Below, in pieces: positions 40,040 through 54,513 of a DNA stretch of 64,000 nt; positions within the stretch are counted from its first letter, which is position 1; every line of letters starts with the position of its first letter. The position numbers were made by a program, and so were the translations under genes. Location: positions 18,877-82,876 of the forward strand of contig JABURS010000042.1 of NCBI GenBank assembly GCA_014762505.1, read 5' to 3'. This DNA is from Chromatiales bacterium. Its GTDB lineage: Bacteria > Pseudomonadota > Gammaproteobacteria > SpSt-1174. The notes beneath the pieces are model-generated. The model did not search any database. It had not been told where the DNA came from and saw nothing but the letters and a program-made list of their open reading frames with translations.

Positions 40040-40156
40040 GCCGGTATCGCTATATCTCGTTGTTATCCGGTCGATTATCGGCGCATTTTACATGGGTATG
40101 CCCCTGCCCGCCATGGACCGGGTCCCAAAACAGGCCGTTTTCCCGGCGGGGAATGT

Positions 40157-43660
<3,504 letters not shown>

Positions 43661-43719
43661 GGGGTGTCATTTTTGAAGTTTCGGCCCGCCCATGCAAGAT
43701 TGACATTTGCGCGACCAAA

Positions 43720-43757
43720 GAAAAACGGCCGGAGGACACGCCCTCCGGCCGTTTTCG
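43720..43757 (-). terminator. Rho-independent terminator after the 271-aa orphan gene
   Basis: The minus strand reads AACGGCCGGAGG-gcgtgt-CCTCCGGCCGTT followed by TTTCTTT, starting 20 nt after the stop at 43777. Confidence 0.75.
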
Positions 43758-43776
43758 CGGAGACTGCGGCGTACGG

Positions 43777-44592
43777 CTACTGCCCTGCCGAGGCGGCGAT
43801 CGCCTCGCCGCTGCGCACGGCGGCGGCCTCCATGGCCTGCGAGAAACCCTCCAGCATGGCCTGGTGATACCCGCGTCCGGCCTTCGATTCGGCGAAGGTC
43901 ACGTACTTGCCGAGTTCGGCGTCGGACAGCTCCCGGTAGATCACGGCAAAGGCCAGCTGGTTCTGCTGCACCACGGCGGCCTCGATCTGCGGACGCGCCG
44001 CCTCGGCCTGCCCCATCAGCATGTCCAGCTGCTCGGCCGGGGCGCCGGCCGCCGTCAGCACGGCCGAGAGCAGGCCGCGCTGGATGCCCATCACCATCTC
44101 CACCGACATCTCGCTGGCCCGGGTGGCCGCATCGAAGCGATCCAGCAGCGCCTGACGCCGTTCGCTGACGCCGGCATCACCGCCCTGCATGATGCGCATC
44201 ATCTCCGCCTGCACCTCGGGCGTATCCGCACCCTCCTCCAGCGCCGTGATGCGTTGTCCGAGCGAGGACTGCAGCCAGTCCAGGGCGGCGTCCGCATGGC
44301 CGTCATCCAGGTTGTCCTCGATGTGACCACGGATATCGCGCTTCATCTGCGCCGGGTCGAACCCTTGGCGCAGGGCGGCGCTCAGGGCCTGCGCCTGCCA
44401 GTCCGGCATGCCGCCCTCGGCGGCCTGCTGGGCGACCACCTGTTCCATCATGCCCGGCATGCCCTCGAGCTGGGCGTTCATGCCCGAGAGGTCCATGAGG
44501 CTGTCCGCCTGCTGGGCGGCGGCGGCCAGGGCCTGGGTGCTCAGCAGTGCCGTCAGCAGGGCCAGGATAAGGCCGTTGATGCGTTGTTTCAT
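43777..44592 (-). CDS. Secreted Met/Gln/Ala-rich protein with a DUF2059-like C-terminal segment
   Basis: 271 aa with RBS AAGGAG and a signal peptide (ALLSTQALAAAAQ). The C-terminal YRELSDAELGKYVTFAESKAGRGY resembles the DUF2059 signature as remembered. Confidence 0.5.
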   Translation of the reverse strand: MKQRINGLILALLTALLSTQALAAAAQQADSLMDLSGMNAQLEGMPGMMEQVVAQQAAEGGMPDWQAQALSAALRQGFDPAQMKRDIRGHIEDNLDDGHADAALDWLQSSLGQRITALEEGADTPEVQAEMMRIMQGGDAGVSERRQALLDRFDAATRASEMSVEMVMGIQRGLLSAVLTAAGAPAEQLDMLMGQAEAARPQIEAAVVQQNQLAFAVIYRELSDAELGKYVTFAESKAGRGYHQAMLEGFSQAMEAAAVRSGEAIAASAGQ

Positions 44593-44648
44593 GGTCCATC
44601 ACTCCTTGTGTGTCGCCAGGCCGGCGGGTTCGCGGGCCCGGGTGGGTG

Positions 44649-45269
44649 TCAGAACGGCAGATCTGTCTGCATCTGCTCCAGCAGGCGACGCACGGGGGCG
44701 AAGCTCTGCCGGTGATGCGCGCAGGGCCCCACGCGCTGCAGGGCCGCGAGGTGGTCTGCCGTGGGGTAGCCCTTGTGGCCGGCGAACCCGTAGTCCGGGA
44801 ATGCCCGGTCCAGCGCCACCATCTCCTGGTCCCTCACCACCTTGGCGAGGATGGAGGCGGCGCTGATCGCCGGTTCGGTGGCATCGCCCTTGACGATGGC
44901 CTCGGCCGTGCAGGGCAGTTCGGGACAGCGATTGCCGTCGATGAGGGCGTGTTCGGGGGCGGGGTCCAGCGCCAGCACGGCCCGGCGCATGGCGAGCAGG
45001 CTGGCCTGGAGGATGTTGAGGCGGTCGATCTCCTGCGGCTCGCAGCGGCCCAGCGCCCAGGCCAGGGCCTTCTCGCGGATCTCCTCGGCCAGGGCCTCGC
45101 GGCGAGTCTCGCTGAGCTTCTTGGAGTCGGCCAGCCCCTCGATGGGGCGGGCCGGGTCGAGGATCACGGCCGCGGCCACCACGGGCCCGGCCAGCGGTCC
45201 GCGCCCGACCTCGTCGACGCCCGCGATCAGGCCGGTCGCGATCAGGTGTCGATCTCCCGGCCGGCGCAC
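44649..45269 (-). CDS. rnhB: Ribonuclease HII
   Basis: ORF 44649..45329 with the [16 protein letters not shown] and DSKKL motifs. There is no in-frame ATG. The best start is GTG 45267-45269, which overlaps the fabZ 3' end by 28 nt, so the start is uncertain. Confidence 0.85.
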   Translation of the reverse strand: MRRPGDRHLIATGLIAGVDEVGRGPLAGPVVAAAVILDPARPIEGLADSKKLSETRREALAEEIREKALAWALGRCEPQEIDRLNILQASLLAMRRAVLALDPAPEHALIDGNRCPELPCTAEAIVKGDATEPAISAASILAKVVRDQEMVALDRAFPDYGFAGHKGYPTADHLAALQRVGPCAHHRQSFAPVRRLLEQMQTDLPF

Positions 45270-45691
45270 ATGAGCTCGGCGGAGGCCGCCACCTCGTCGC
45301 CGACGCGCGCGACGGCGTCGAATTTCCACATGCCGCGCAGGCGGCGTGTCACCTCGACCTCGAGGGTGAGCGCGTCGCCCGGGATCACCTGGCGCTTGAA
45401 GCGCGCCTTGTCGACGGACACCAGCATGTAGATGAAGTTGTCCGAGGGTTCCTGTTCCTGGGTACAGAAGGCCAGCAGGCCGGTCGCCTGGGCCAGGGCC
45501 TCGATCACGAGCACGCCCGGCATGATGGGCTTGTTCGGGAAGTGTCCCTGGAAAAACGGTTCGTTCATGGTCACGTTCTTGAGGGCGGTAAGCGATTTGC
45601 CGGCCTCATATTCGAGAACGCGATCAACGAGCAGGAAGGGAAAACGATGCGGCAGATACCGCATGACCTCGTTGATATTCAGCGTACCCAC
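45242..45691 (-). CDS. fabZ: 3-hydroxyacyl-ACP dehydratase FabZ
   Basis: ORF 45242..45859. The GTG start at 45689-45691 lies 7 nt after GAGAGGA and gives [22 protein letters not shown]...FFQGHFP...PGVL. The upstream ORF extension is judged non-coding. Confidence 0.92.
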   Translation of the reverse strand: MGTLNINEVMRYLPHRFPFLLVDRVLEYEAGKSLTALKNVTMNEPFFQGHFPNKPIMPGVLVIEALAQATGLLAFCTQEQEPSDNFIYMLVSVDKARFKRQVIPGDALTLEVEVTRRLRGMWKFDAVARVGDEVAASAELMCAGREIDT

Positions 45692-45951
45692 GGTGAATCC
45701 TCTCAAATACGTCGATGCTCTGCCGAGCCCTGTTATCGTTTCACGAGCCTTTTCCAGGCCCTTTCCCTTGTTGTCCGGCCGATTTATCCGTCGGGCCCAT
45801 TCGTCCGGCACGTTCGGCCGCAGCGGCCGATAGCCCCAAAGATGCGGGAGCCCCCGCAACAGGCGGGGAAGTATACACCCTCACCGACTGCGATTATGTG
45901 ATCGGCAGCCTGCCCGGGTGCAGCAGCGAGCCACGGCCGGGCGCTCAAACG

Positions 45952-45993
45952 CCGATCGCCCCCCGCCCGGACTCGCGGACGGGGGGCGATCGG
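45952..45993 (-). terminator. Perfect 13-bp GC-rich stem-loop downstream of skp (possible weak terminator or structured element)
   Basis: CCGATCGCCCCCC - 16-nt loop - GGGGGGCGATCGG. On the minus strand it is followed only by cGTTTGag, which is a weak U-tract. Confidence 0.4.
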
Positions 45994-46041
45994 GATCAGG
46001 CCGCCCCTGCTGCCGGCGACTGGCGCCGTGGGGACATCCGT

Positions 46042-46566
46042 CTACTTGCCCTGTTTCGGCATGTTGCGCAGCTGCTGCAGGACCTTCTCGGTGATATCCA
46101 CGCGCTGGCTGGCGTACACGACGTTCTCGGTCAGGACCAGGTCATACTTGCCTTCTTCCGAGACCCTGACGATGGCCTGCAGGACGTCGCGCTGCACCTT
46201 GCCGTATTCCTCGTTGCGCGCAAAGTTGAGGTCTTCGCGGAAGTTGTCCTGGGCACGCTTGAGCTCGCGGCCGCGCTCCATCAGTTCGCGCTCCAGGTCG
46301 GCCTTCTGCATGGCGGACATGGTCGCACCGTCCGTCTGCAGACGCTCCTCGAGCTTCTTCAGGGCCTCGCCTTCGGCACGCAGGTCATTGGCGCGAGCGC
46401 CGAAGCGTTCTTCCAGGACCTTGTCGGCCGCCGCCTTCTGCGGGGACTGCTCCAGCAGCTTGGGCACGTTGACCACGCCGATCATGAGATCCGCGGCCAC
46501 AGCGAGCTGCCCGGTGGACAGGAACATGGCGGTGGTCAGTGCAATGGCTGTAATCAGACGTTTCAA
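46042..46566 (-). CDS. skp: Periplasmic chaperone Skp (OmpH)
   Basis: 174 aa with a signal peptide and a coiled, charged OmpH-like sequence. It lies immediately after bamA. Confidence 0.9.
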   Translation of the reverse strand: MKRLITAIALTTAMFLSTGQLAVAADLMIGVVNVPKLLEQSPQKAAADKVLEERFGARANDLRAEGEALKKLEERLQTDGATMSAMQKADLERELMERGRELKRAQDNFREDLNFARNEEYGKVQRDVLQAIVRVSEEGKYDLVLTENVVYASQRVDITEKVLQQLRNMPKQGK

Positions 46567-46587
46567 AACTCCCCCTCTCTCGAATCG

Positions 46588-48882
46588 CTAGAATGCGGCT
46601 CCCAGCGTGAACTGGAATTCCTCAAGCTCGTCTTCTGGCTGGTCATTAAACGCTTTGGCCAGGCTAAATGTCAACGGACCGACCGGCGAAAGCCAGGTGA
46701 AACCAAGGCCATAGGAGGCACGCAGCTCATCGGCGTCGAAGGCCTCGTAGTCCTCGTACACCTGCCCGGCATCCATGAACACGCTCATGCGGATGGCACG
46801 GGAGTCCGGGGCCAGCGGCGGCGGGAACAGCAGCTCCAGGCTGCCGACCGTGCGGAAGGTGCCGCCCAGCGGATCGTTCACCGAGTCACGCGGGCCGAGG
46901 CTCAGGTCCTTGTAACCGCGCACCGAGCGCGAGCCGCCGGCGAAGTAGTTCTCGAAGAACGGCATCGCATCGGTATCGCCATACTCTGAGGCATGATCGA
47001 CCGTGGCATTGAAGGACAGCGTGAGGTACTTGTCCCACAGCGGCGCGTACTGGCGGAAGTTGTAACCCAGCTTGTAGTACTCGACGTCGCTGCCCGGCAC
47101 GGCCGTTTCCAGCGAGATGCGCTGCAGGTTGCCGCGGTCGGCGAACACGGTGCGGTTGCGGGTATCGTGCGTGTAGCTGGCCTCGAGCTTGTAGGAGGCG
47201 TATTCGTCGCCGTAGGTCGTGATGAAGTCCCGCAGCTCCTGCGCCGCACCCGTGGCGAGCACGATCTCCGTGTCCTCGTAGCCCAGGCTGTAGCGCAGGT
47301 AGTCGTACTCGGTGAGCGGGATGCCGTAGTTGATGTTGCCGCCCCAGCGGTTGGCAAAGTAGCGGGTCACGTTGGCCTCTTCCGCATCGGTCTCGCGGTA
47401 GAAGGCGGTGAAGCCGCGGCTCACGCCATCGATGGTGTGATACGGGTTGGTGTAGGACAGGCTGTAGATGGTGTTCACCGAGCTGGTGTTGGCCTGCACG
47501 GAGACCCGCTTGCCGGAGCCCATGAAGTTGTCTTCCGACACCGCGATATTGAACAGCACACCCTCGCTCTGCGAATAACCGGCGCCGATGGTGAAGCTGC
47601 CTGCCAGGCGTTCCACCACGGAGATGTCCAGATCGACCTGGTCGTCCGTGCCGGGTACACGGCGGGTCTGGATGTTCACGTCCTCGATATAGGGCAGGCG
47701 CTGCAGGCGGATCTTGGAGCGGTTGATCTGCGAGGCCGCATACCAGCCGGCCTCCATCTGGCGCATCTCGCGGCGCAGCACCTCGTCGCGCGTCTTGTGG
47801 TTGCCCTGGAAGTTGATACGGCGCACGTAGACGCGCTTGCCCGGATCGACGAACAGCGTGAGATCGACCTCGCGGGCCTCTTCGTCGAGCTCCGGGATCG
47901 CGTTGACGTTGGCGAAGGCATAGCCCTCGTCGCCCAGCCGGTCGGTGATGCGCGTGATCGAATCGGTCACCTGCGTGCGGGCGAAGATATCGCCGGCCTC
48001 CAGATCCACCAGCGCCATCAGCTCCTCTTCCGGCAACAGGAGATTGCCCGCCAGTTTGACGCTGCGAATGCGGTACTGGTCGCCTTCCTGCACGTTCACC
48101 GTGACATAGATGTCGCGCTTGTCCGGTGTGATCGCAACCTGGGTGGAGTCGATGTTGAACTCGGCATAGCCCTCATCGAAATAGCTGGAGCGCAGGCGCT
48201 CGAGGTCGCCGCCCAGCTTCTGCTTGGAGTATTCATCACGGCTGCTGAACAGCGCCCACCAGGGCGGGATGCCGGACTCGAATTCATCCAGCAGATCGTC
48301 CTCGTCGAAGTCCTCGTTGCCGACGATGGTCACCTTGCGGATCTTGGCCACCTTTCCTTCCGAGATGGTGATGTCGATATCCACACGGTTGCGCGGCAGC
48401 TCGTCGACCTCGACGTCGATCTTCACGTTGTACTTGCCGCGGGCGAAATACTGCTGGCGCAGCTCGCGCTCCAGACGTTCCAGCACCGAACGGTTGAAGA
48501 CGCGCCCCTTGGAGATGCCGACCTGCTGCAGGGCCTCCTCGAGCTGGTCCTTCGGGATGTCCTTGTTGCCGGAGAAACGGATGTCCGCAATGGCCGGACG
48601 CTCGGTGACGAACACCACCAGCACGTCGTCTCGCCGGCGCAGCTCCACGTTCTCGAAGAAACCGGTGCGGTACAGCGCCCGGATCACCTCGGCGCTCTGC
48701 TTCTCCTCGAACTCGTCGCCGACCTTGAGCGGCAGATAGGTGAACACGGTACCCGGCGCGATGCGCTCCAGGCCCTCGACCTCGATGTCCTGTACCACGA
48801 AGGCCTGGGCATGGACCGACGGCACGACGGCGGCCATGGCACCACCGAGCAGCAGTGCCTGTATGGATTGCTTGAGATTCAA
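46588..48882 (-). CDS. bamA: Outer-membrane protein assembly factor BamA
   Basis: 764 aa with a signal peptide, POTRA repeats and a C-terminal beta-barrel ending ...FQFTLGAAF. Confidence 0.97.
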   Translation of the reverse strand: MNLKQSIQALLLGGAMAAVVPSVHAQAFVVQDIEVEGLERIAPGTVFTYLPLKVGDEFEEKQSAEVIRALYRTGFFENVELRRRDDVLVVFVTERPAIADIRFSGNKDIPKDQLEEALQQVGISKGRVFNRSVLERLERELRQQYFARGKYNVKIDVEVDELPRNRVDIDITISEGKVAKIRKVTIVGNEDFDEDDLLDEFESGIPPWWALFSSRDEYSKQKLGGDLERLRSSYFDEGYAEFNIDSTQVAITPDKRDIYVTVNVQEGDQYRIRSVKLAGNLLLPEEELMALVDLEAGDIFARTQVTDSITRITDRLGDEGYAFANVNAIPELDEEAREVDLTLFVDPGKRVYVRRINFQGNHKTRDEVLRREMRQMEAGWYAASQINRSKIRLQRLPYIEDVNIQTRRVPGTDDQVDLDISVVERLAGSFTIGAGYSQSEGVLFNIAVSEDNFMGSGKRVSVQANTSSVNTIYSLSYTNPYHTIDGVSRGFTAFYRETDAEEANVTRYFANRWGGNINYGIPLTEYDYLRYSLGYEDTEIVLATGAAQELRDFITTYGDEYASYKLEASYTHDTRNRTVFADRGNLQRISLETAVPGSDVEYYKLGYNFRQYAPLWDKYLTLSFNATVDHASEYGDTDAMPFFENYFAGGSRSVRGYKDLSLGPRDSVNDPLGGTFRTVGSLELLFPPPLAPDSRAIRMSVFMDAGQVYEDYEAFDADELRASYGLGFTWLSPVGPLTFSLAKAFNDQPEDELEEFQFTLGAAF

Positions 48883-50246
48883 CTGAACAGTCTCGTCAGG
48901 TCGTTGTAAATGGCGAGCATCATCAGGCCGGCCAGCATGGCCAGGCCGATGCGCTGGCCGAAGGCCTGAGCGGCCTCCGACAGGGGGCTGCCCTTGATGA
49001 GCTCGATGACGTAATACAGCAAATGGCCACCGTCGAGGATCGGCACGGGCAACAGGTTGATGATGCCCAGACTGATGCTGACCATGGCCAGGAAATACAG
49101 GAAGGCCGCCAGCCCCACCAGGGCGGAGAGCCCCGCGTAGTCGGCGATGGTGATCGGGCCGCTGACGTTCTTCAGCGAGGCATCGCCCGTCACCAGCTTG
49201 CCCATCAGGCGCAGCGTGAGCAGGGTGACGTCGCCGGTCTTGACGACGGATTCGCCGATGGCGGCGATCGGTCCGTGGCTGATGGTGGTGGCCAGCTTCT
49301 CGCGATCGGCCGCGCGCAGGGTGCCGCCGATGGCCGCGTTGATGAAGCCCTGGGTCTGCCCCTCCACCTCCCGTGCATCGGGGGTGAGCGCCAGCCGATG
49401 CCGCTGGCCGTCGCGCTCGACCACCAGGGCGAGCTCGCGCCCCGCGCTGGCCTTGAGGATGTCGACGAAGGCCTGGGCGGTGAGCCCCTCCTCGCCATCG
49501 ACGGCCACGACCTGGTCGCCGTCGCGCAGCCCGGCACGCTCGGCCGCGCCACCCGGATTCACCTGCGCGATCACCGGGATATAGGGACGCCAGGAGAGCA
49601 GCCCCAGCCGCTCGACGAAGTCCCCCTCCTCCTTGAGCAACGGCTGGGCACCGAAGTCCAGCGTCAGCGAACGCCGGGCACCGCCCTCGTCGACCACGAC
49701 CAGATCGACCGCGCCGTTGTCCAGCGAGTGCGCCAGCAGGCGCATACGCACGGCCTCCCAGTCCGGCGTCTCGCGCCCGGCCACGGCCAGGATGCGATCA
49801 CCGGCCTGGAGCCCGGCCTCGTAGGCCGGTGTGGCGGGCGGCGGCGCGTCCACGTAGGGCTTGATGCCGTTGACCCCGACCATGAACATCAGCCAATAGG
49901 CCACCAGCGCGAACAGGAAGTTGAAGGCCGGGCCGGCGGCCACGATGGCGATGCGGCTCCACACCCCCTTGCGGTTGAAGGCCAGGTGCTGCTCGGCCGG
50001 GTCCACCTCGCCCTCGCGTTCGTCGAGCATGCGCACGTAGCCGCCCAGCGGCAGGGCCGCGATCACGTATTCTGTGGGATCGTTCTTGCGCTGCCAGCGC
50101 AGGATGGGGCGGCCAAAACCGATGGAGAAACGCAGCACCTTCACGCCCAGGCGACGGGCCACCCAGAAGTGGCCGAATTCGTGCACCGCCACGAGCAGGC
50201 CGATGGCGACGACGAAGGCGAGGATGCTGACGAGGAACTGGGTCAT
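48879..50246 (-). CDS. rseP: Site-2 (RIP) zinc metalloprotease RseP
   Basis: HEFGHF zinc motif, PDZ region and [12 protein letters not shown] motif. ATG 50244-50246 overlaps the dxr stop (ATGA). The track ORF starts 9 nt further up at a TTG. Confidence 0.93.
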   Translation of the reverse strand: MTQFLVSILAFVVAIGLLVAVHEFGHFWVARRLGVKVLRFSIGFGRPILRWQRKNDPTEYVIAALPLGGYVRMLDEREGEVDPAEQHLAFNRKGVWSRIAIVAAGPAFNFLFALVAYWLMFMVGVNGIKPYVDAPPPATPAYEAGLQAGDRILAVAGRETPDWEAVRMRLLAHSLDNGAVDLVVVDEGGARRSLTLDFGAQPLLKEEGDFVERLGLLSWRPYIPVIAQVNPGGAAERAGLRDGDQVVAVDGEEGLTAQAFVDILKASAGRELALVVERDGQRHRLALTPDAREVEGQTQGFINAAIGGTLRAADREKLATTISHGPIAAIGESVVKTGDVTLLTLRLMGKLVTGDASLKNVSGPITIADYAGLSALVGLAAFLYFLAMVSISLGIINLLPVPILDGGHLLYYVIELIKGSPLSEAAQAFGQRIGLAMLAGLMMLAIYNDLTRLFS

Positions 50247-51475
50247 GCCGCGCAACCCCCGGACAGGCGTCGCACCGCGGCCTCGGCATCGCGGCGCGCC
50301 GCGGCATCGGCCGCGAGCACGGTCTCGAGGTCCGTGGCCGGCCGGGCCGGCACGTCGGCCAGGGCCTGCTCGATCACGCGCGGGATGTCGGTGAAGCGGA
50401 TAGCGCCGTCGAGGAAGGCCTGCACGGCGATCTCGTTGGCGGCATTGAGGATGGCCGTGGCCGTGCCGCCGGCCGCGTGCGCCTCGTAGGCCAGGCGCAG
50501 ACAGGGAAAGCGCGCGAGGTCCGGGCGCTCGAAGTCCAGCCGCGCCACGGCAATGAGGTCCAGCGGCGCGACGCCCGAGGCCATGCGCTCCGGCCAGGCC
50601 AGGGCGTGGGCGATCGGCGTGCGCATGTCCGGGTTGCCGAGCTCGGCCAGCACCGAGCCGTCGTTGTAGGCCACCAGGGAATGAATCACGCTCTGGGGAT
50701 GCAGCACCACCTCCACCCGGGAGGTGTCGGTGCCGAACAGCCAGCAGGCCTCGATCACCTCCAGGCCCTTGTTCATCATGGTGGCGGAGTCCACCGAGAT
50801 CTTGCGGCCCATCACCCAGTTGGGATGCGCCACCGCCTGTTCCGGGGTCACCGTCACCAGCCGCTCCAGCGGCAGGTCACGGAAGGGGCCGCCCGAGGCG
50901 GTCAGGAGGATGCGCTCCACCCCCACGCTGGCCAGGCCCCGGCCGAACTGCGGCGGCATGCACTGGAAGATGGCGTTGTGTTCGCTGTCGATGGGCAAAA
51001 GCTCGGCGCCGCTGGCGCGGATCTCGTCCATGAAGAGCTGGCCGGACATCACCAGCGCCTCCTTGTTGGCCAGCATCACGCGCTTGCCCGAGCGCGCCGC
51101 CGCCAGGGTGGGCAGCAGCCCCGCCGCGCCGACGATGCCGGCCATCACGTAATCCGTGGCCTCGTGACTCGCCACCTGCTCGAGCCCCGCCACGCCGGAG
51201 AGGACCTCGATCCCGAGCCCCGCCGCGCGCAGCCGTTCGTCCAGGCGCTCGGCGGCGGCGGGGTCGGCCATCACGGCATAGGCCGGCCGGTGTTCACGGC
51301 ACTGGTCGAACAGTCGGTCCACGTCGCGGTGGGCCGTGAGCGCGACCACGCGAAAACGCTGCGGATGGCGCGCCAGGACATCCAGGGTGTTCACGCCGAT
51401 GGTGCCGGTCGCGCCCAGGATGGTGATGCCGATCGGTTGCCCTGCCGAGCCAGTGCTGTTGGAACTGCGCGTCAC
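50243..51475 (-). CDS. dxr: 1-deoxy-D-xylulose-5-phosphate reductoisomerase
   Basis: 410 aa with NADPH motif [12 protein letters not shown] 51473-51475 is the only available in-frame start. Confidence 0.95.
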   Translation of the reverse strand: MTRSSNSTGSAGQPIGITILGATGTIGVNTLDVLARHPQRFRVVALTAHRDVDRLFDQCREHRPAYAVMADPAAAERLDERLRAAGLGIEVLSGVAGLEQVASHEATDYVMAGIVGAAGLLPTLAAARSGKRVMLANKEALVMSGQLFMDEIRASGAELLPIDSEHNAIFQCMPPQFGRGLASVGVERILLTASGGPFRDLPLERLVTVTPEQAVAHPNWVMGRKISVDSATMMNKGLEVIEACWLFGTDTSRVEVVLHPQSVIHSLVAYNDGSVLAELGNPDMRTPIAHALAWPERMASGVAPLDLIAVARLDFERPDLARFPCLRLAYEAHAAGGTATAILNAANEIAVQAFLDGAIRFTDIPRVIEQALADVPARPATDLETVLAADAAARRDAEAAVRRLSGGCAA

Positions 51476-51491
51476 GTGAAATCCCGTCGTC

Positions 51492-52295
51492 TCAAAGCCA
51501 GTACAGCCCGATGGCGAAGACCGGTGCGGCCGCCGTCAGGCTGTCGATGCGATCCAGAATGCCGCCATGACCGGGAAGAATCGAGCCACTGTCCTTGGCC
51601 CCGGCCTCGCGCTTGATGAGGCTCTCGAACAGGTCGCCGGCGACCGAGATGAGGGCCACCACCACGCTCAGCCCGATGAAGTAGACCCAGATGCCCGGCT
51701 CGAGGTTCAACCACCAGGCGCCGAACACGGCCCACAGCGCCACGCCGGCCAGGCCACCGAGCACGCCCTCGCGGGTCTTGCCCGGGCTCAGCTCGGGGGC
51801 CAGCTTGTGCCGGCCAAAGGCACGGCCGGTGAAGTAGGCCCCGGTGTCGGCCACCGCGACGATGCCCACCACGAAGAGGATCCACTGCCAGCCCTCTGCG
51901 TGCAGCCCCGCCACCGCCACCCAGGCCGGCAGCAGGGTGAGGAAGGCGGCCGCGGTCAGCAGCCGGTGCCAGCCCCGGCGCTGGCCCACGCCGCGGTGAT
52001 AGATCGCCAGCAGTACCAGCACCACCGCCCACCAGCACACGCCGACGGCGATCAGGGCCAGGCGCGCCTCCGGCGTCGCACGCAGGGCCACGTAGACGCC
52101 CAGCGCCAGGAAGATGCCGCCGAACACCAGGCGCATGACCGGCTGGGCGATGCCGGCCAGGCGCGCCCATTCCCAGGCGCCCACGGCAAACACCAGCAGG
52201 GCCACCCACTGGAAATGCACCGGGTCGAGCCAGAGGATGGCGGAGAGGAACAGGGCCACCAGGATCAGCCCCGTGATCAGGCGCAGCTTAAGCAT
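51492..52295 (-). CDS. cdsA: Phosphatidate cytidylyltransferase
   Basis: 267 aa, polytopic, with the C-terminal signature [25 protein letters not shown]. Confidence 0.93.
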   Translation of the reverse strand: MLKLRLITGLILVALFLSAILWLDPVHFQWVALLVFAVGAWEWARLAGIAQPVMRLVFGGIFLALGVYVALRATPEARLALIAVGVCWWAVVLVLLAIYHRGVGQRRGWHRLLTAAAFLTLLPAWVAVAGLHAEGWQWILFVVGIVAVADTGAYFTGRAFGRHKLAPELSPGKTREGVLGGLAGVALWAVFGAWWLNLEPGIWVYFIGLSVVVALISVAGDLFESLIKREAGAKDSGSILPGHGGILDRIDSLTAAAPVFAIGLYWL

Positions 52296-53043
52296 GACCG
52301 GCCCCCGACAGCTGCTCCCCGGTCATGCCGAAACGCCGCTCACGGCCGGCAAAGGCGGCGATGGCCGCCTCCAGGTGCTGCGCGTCGAAGTCCGGCCACA
52401 GCACGTCGGTGAACCACAGCTCGGCATAGGCCATCTGCCACAGCAGGAAGTTGCTCACGCGATGCTCCCCGCCGGTGCGGATGAAGAGGTCCGGGTCCGG
52501 CAGGCCGGCGGTGGACAGCGCCTGGTCCAGCGCCTCGGGCGTGATGTCGGCCGCGGCCAGCCCTCCGGCCTGCACGCGTTCGGCCAGGCGGCGCGCCGCC
52601 TGGGCGATGTCCCAGCGTCCGCCGTAGTTGGCCGCCACCACCACCCGCAGCCCCGTCGCCTGCGCGGTGCGGGTCTCGGCCTCGGCGATACGTGCCTGCA
52701 GGCGCTCGGGAAAGGCCTCGCGGGCGCCGATGAAGCACAGCCGGATGTTGTTCTCGAGCAGGCTGGGCAGTTCGCGCTCCAGGGCCGTGACGAACAGCTC
52801 CATGAGCCCGCTCACCTCATCGTCGGGCCTCTTCCAGTTCTCGCTGCTGAAGGCGAACAGGGTGAGCGCCTCGATGCCGCGCCGTGCGCAGGTCTCGATG
52901 GTGCGACGCACCGCCTCCACGCCGCGCTTGTGTCCCGCGGTGCGCGGCAGGTGGCGCGCCCGCGCCCAGCGCCCGTTGCCATCCATGATGATGGCCACGT
53001 GGCGCGGAACGCGTGAATCGGCGACCTGGGCGACGGGGGTCAT
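52288..53043 (-). CDS. uppS: Di-trans,poly-cis-undecaprenyl-diphosphate synthase
   Basis: 251 aa with the [13 protein letters not shown] and [16 protein letters not shown] motifs. Confidence 0.96.
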   Translation of the reverse strand: MTPVAQVADSRVPRHVAIIMDGNGRWARARHLPRTAGHKRGVEAVRRTIETCARRGIEALTLFAFSSENWKRPDDEVSGLMELFVTALERELPSLLENNIRLCFIGAREAFPERLQARIAEAETRTAQATGLRVVVAANYGGRWDIAQAARRLAERVQAGGLAAADITPEALDQALSTAGLPDPDLFIRTGGEHRVSNFLLWQMAYAELWFTDVLWPDFDAQHLEAAIAAFAGRERRFGMTGEQLSGAGHA

Positions 53044-53067
53044 GAACGAGGAATCCGACGCCAGGCG

Positions 53068-53625
53068 TCAGATCTCCATCAGTTCCTTTTCCTTCGTCTC
53101 CAGCAGCTGATCGACCTCGGCCACGTACTTGTCGGTCAGCTTCTGGATGGCGTCCTGTCCCTTGCGTTCGTCGTCCTCGGAGATCTCCTTCTCCTTGAGC
53201 AGCGCCTTGAGGTCGTTGTTCGCATCGCGGCGGATGTTGCGGATCGCCACGCGGGCATTCTCGCCCTCGTGACGCACCACCTTGACCAGGTCGCGGCGGC
53301 GTTCCTCGGTCAGCGCCGGCATCGGCACGCGGATCACGGTGCCCGCGGACGACGGGTTCAGACCCAGATCGGAGGTCATGATGGCCTTTTCGATGACCGG
53401 CACCAGCTGCTTCTCCCAGGGGGTGACCGTGAGCATGCGTGCGTCGGCCACGGCGATGCTCGCCACCTGGCTGAGCGGCGTCTCGGTGCCGTAGTAGTCC
53501 ACGGTCACATGATCCAGCAGGCTGGTATGGGCACGGCCGGTACGGATCTTCGACAGCTCGCTCTTGAAGGACTCGATGCTCTTCTTCATGCGCTGCTCGG
53601 CGTCTTTCTTGATGTCTTCGATCAT
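53068..53625 (-). CDS. frr: Ribosome recycling factor
   Basis: 185 aa, a typical Frr sequence. Confidence 0.97.
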   Translation of the reverse strand: MIEDIKKDAEQRMKKSIESFKSELSKIRTGRAHTSLLDHVTVDYYGTETPLSQVASIAVADARMLTVTPWEKQLVPVIEKAIMTSDLGLNPSSAGTVIRVPMPALTEERRRDLVKVVRHEGENARVAIRNIRRDANNDLKALLKEKEISEDDERKGQDAIQKLTDKYVAEVDQLLETKEKELMEI

Positions 53626-53628
53626 CTC

Positions 53629-54357
53629 TCAACCCCTTTCGACGATGGTCCCGATCTGCTCGCCGCTCACGACGCGGTCCAGGTCGCCTTCATTGAAGAT
53701 ATTGATAATACGCAACGGGATGTTGTTGTCGCGGCACATGACGATGGCCGTGGCGTCCATCACGCCGAGCTTGCGCGTGAGCACCTCGTCGAAGGTGAGG
53801 CGCTCGAAGCGCTTGGCCGCCGGATTCTTCACCGGGTCGGAATCGTACACGCCGTCCACCTTGGTCGCCTTGATCATGAGATCGGCGTTGATCTCGCTGG
53901 CGCGCAGGCTGGCGGCCGAGTCCGTGGTGAAAAACGGGTTGCCGGTGCCGGCGGCGAACACCACCACGCGCCCCTTCTCCAGGTGACGCACGGCGCGGCG
54001 ACGGATGTAGTCCTCGCAGACCTGGTTGATCTTGATGGCGGACATGACGCGGCAGAAGGCCTTCTTGCGCTCCAGCGCGTCCTGCAGGGCCAGCGAGTTG
54101 ATCACCGTGGCCAGCATGCCCATGTGGTCGCCGGTGACGCGGTCCATGCCGCCCTCGGCCAGGCCCGCGCCGCGGAAGATGTTGCCGCCGCCGATGACCA
54201 CCGCCACCTCGACGCCCTTGCGGCTGAGGTCGGCGATCTCGCCGGCGATCCGATGGAGGATGTCGGGATCGATACCGTAGTCATACCGTCCCATGAGCGC
54301 TTCACCGCTCAGTTTGAGGAGAACACGTTTGTACCTGGGTGCGCTTGTATCGGCCAT
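53629..54357 (-). CDS. pyrH: UMP kinase
   Basis: 242 aa with the [12 protein letters not shown] and [11 protein letters not shown] motifs. Confidence 0.97.
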   Translation of the reverse strand: MADTSAPRYKRVLLKLSGEALMGRYDYGIDPDILHRIAGEIADLSRKGVEVAVVIGGGNIFRGAGLAEGGMDRVTGDHMGMLATVINSLALQDALERKKAFCRVMSAIKINQVCEDYIRRRAVRHLEKGRVVVFAAGTGNPFFTTDSAASLRASEINADLMIKATKVDGVYDSDPVKNPAAKRFERLTFDEVLTRKLGVMDATAIVMCRDNNIPLRIINIFNEGDLDRVVSGEQIGTIVERG

Positions 54358-54471
54358 TTATTTATTAGCATCGTGGTGGATAGGGAGCATCCGGCGTTGC
54401 GCCGGCACCCGGAACCCTCGGCTGCGAGGGCCCAGTCTATCGGTCGAGACGGCCCGCGGCGAGCCCCCTCG

Positions 54472-54503
54472 AAAAAACGGGAACGCCCTGGGGCGTTCCC
54501 GTT
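54472..54503 (-). terminator. Rho-independent terminator after tsf
   Basis: The minus strand reads AACGGGAACGCC-cca(g)-GGCGTTCCCGTT followed by TTTT, about 10 nt after the tsf stop. Confidence 0.8.
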
Positions 54504-54513
54504 GTCCAGTGTC

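Noticed and set aside
45692-46041. A possible lpxD pseudogene remnant in the skp-fabZ gap
   Set aside because: None of the three minus-strand frames shows hexapeptide-repeat (left-handed beta-helix) periodicity or other LpxD-like sequence by eye. I treated the region as non-coding. A sensitive alignment would be needed to exclude a very decayed remnant.
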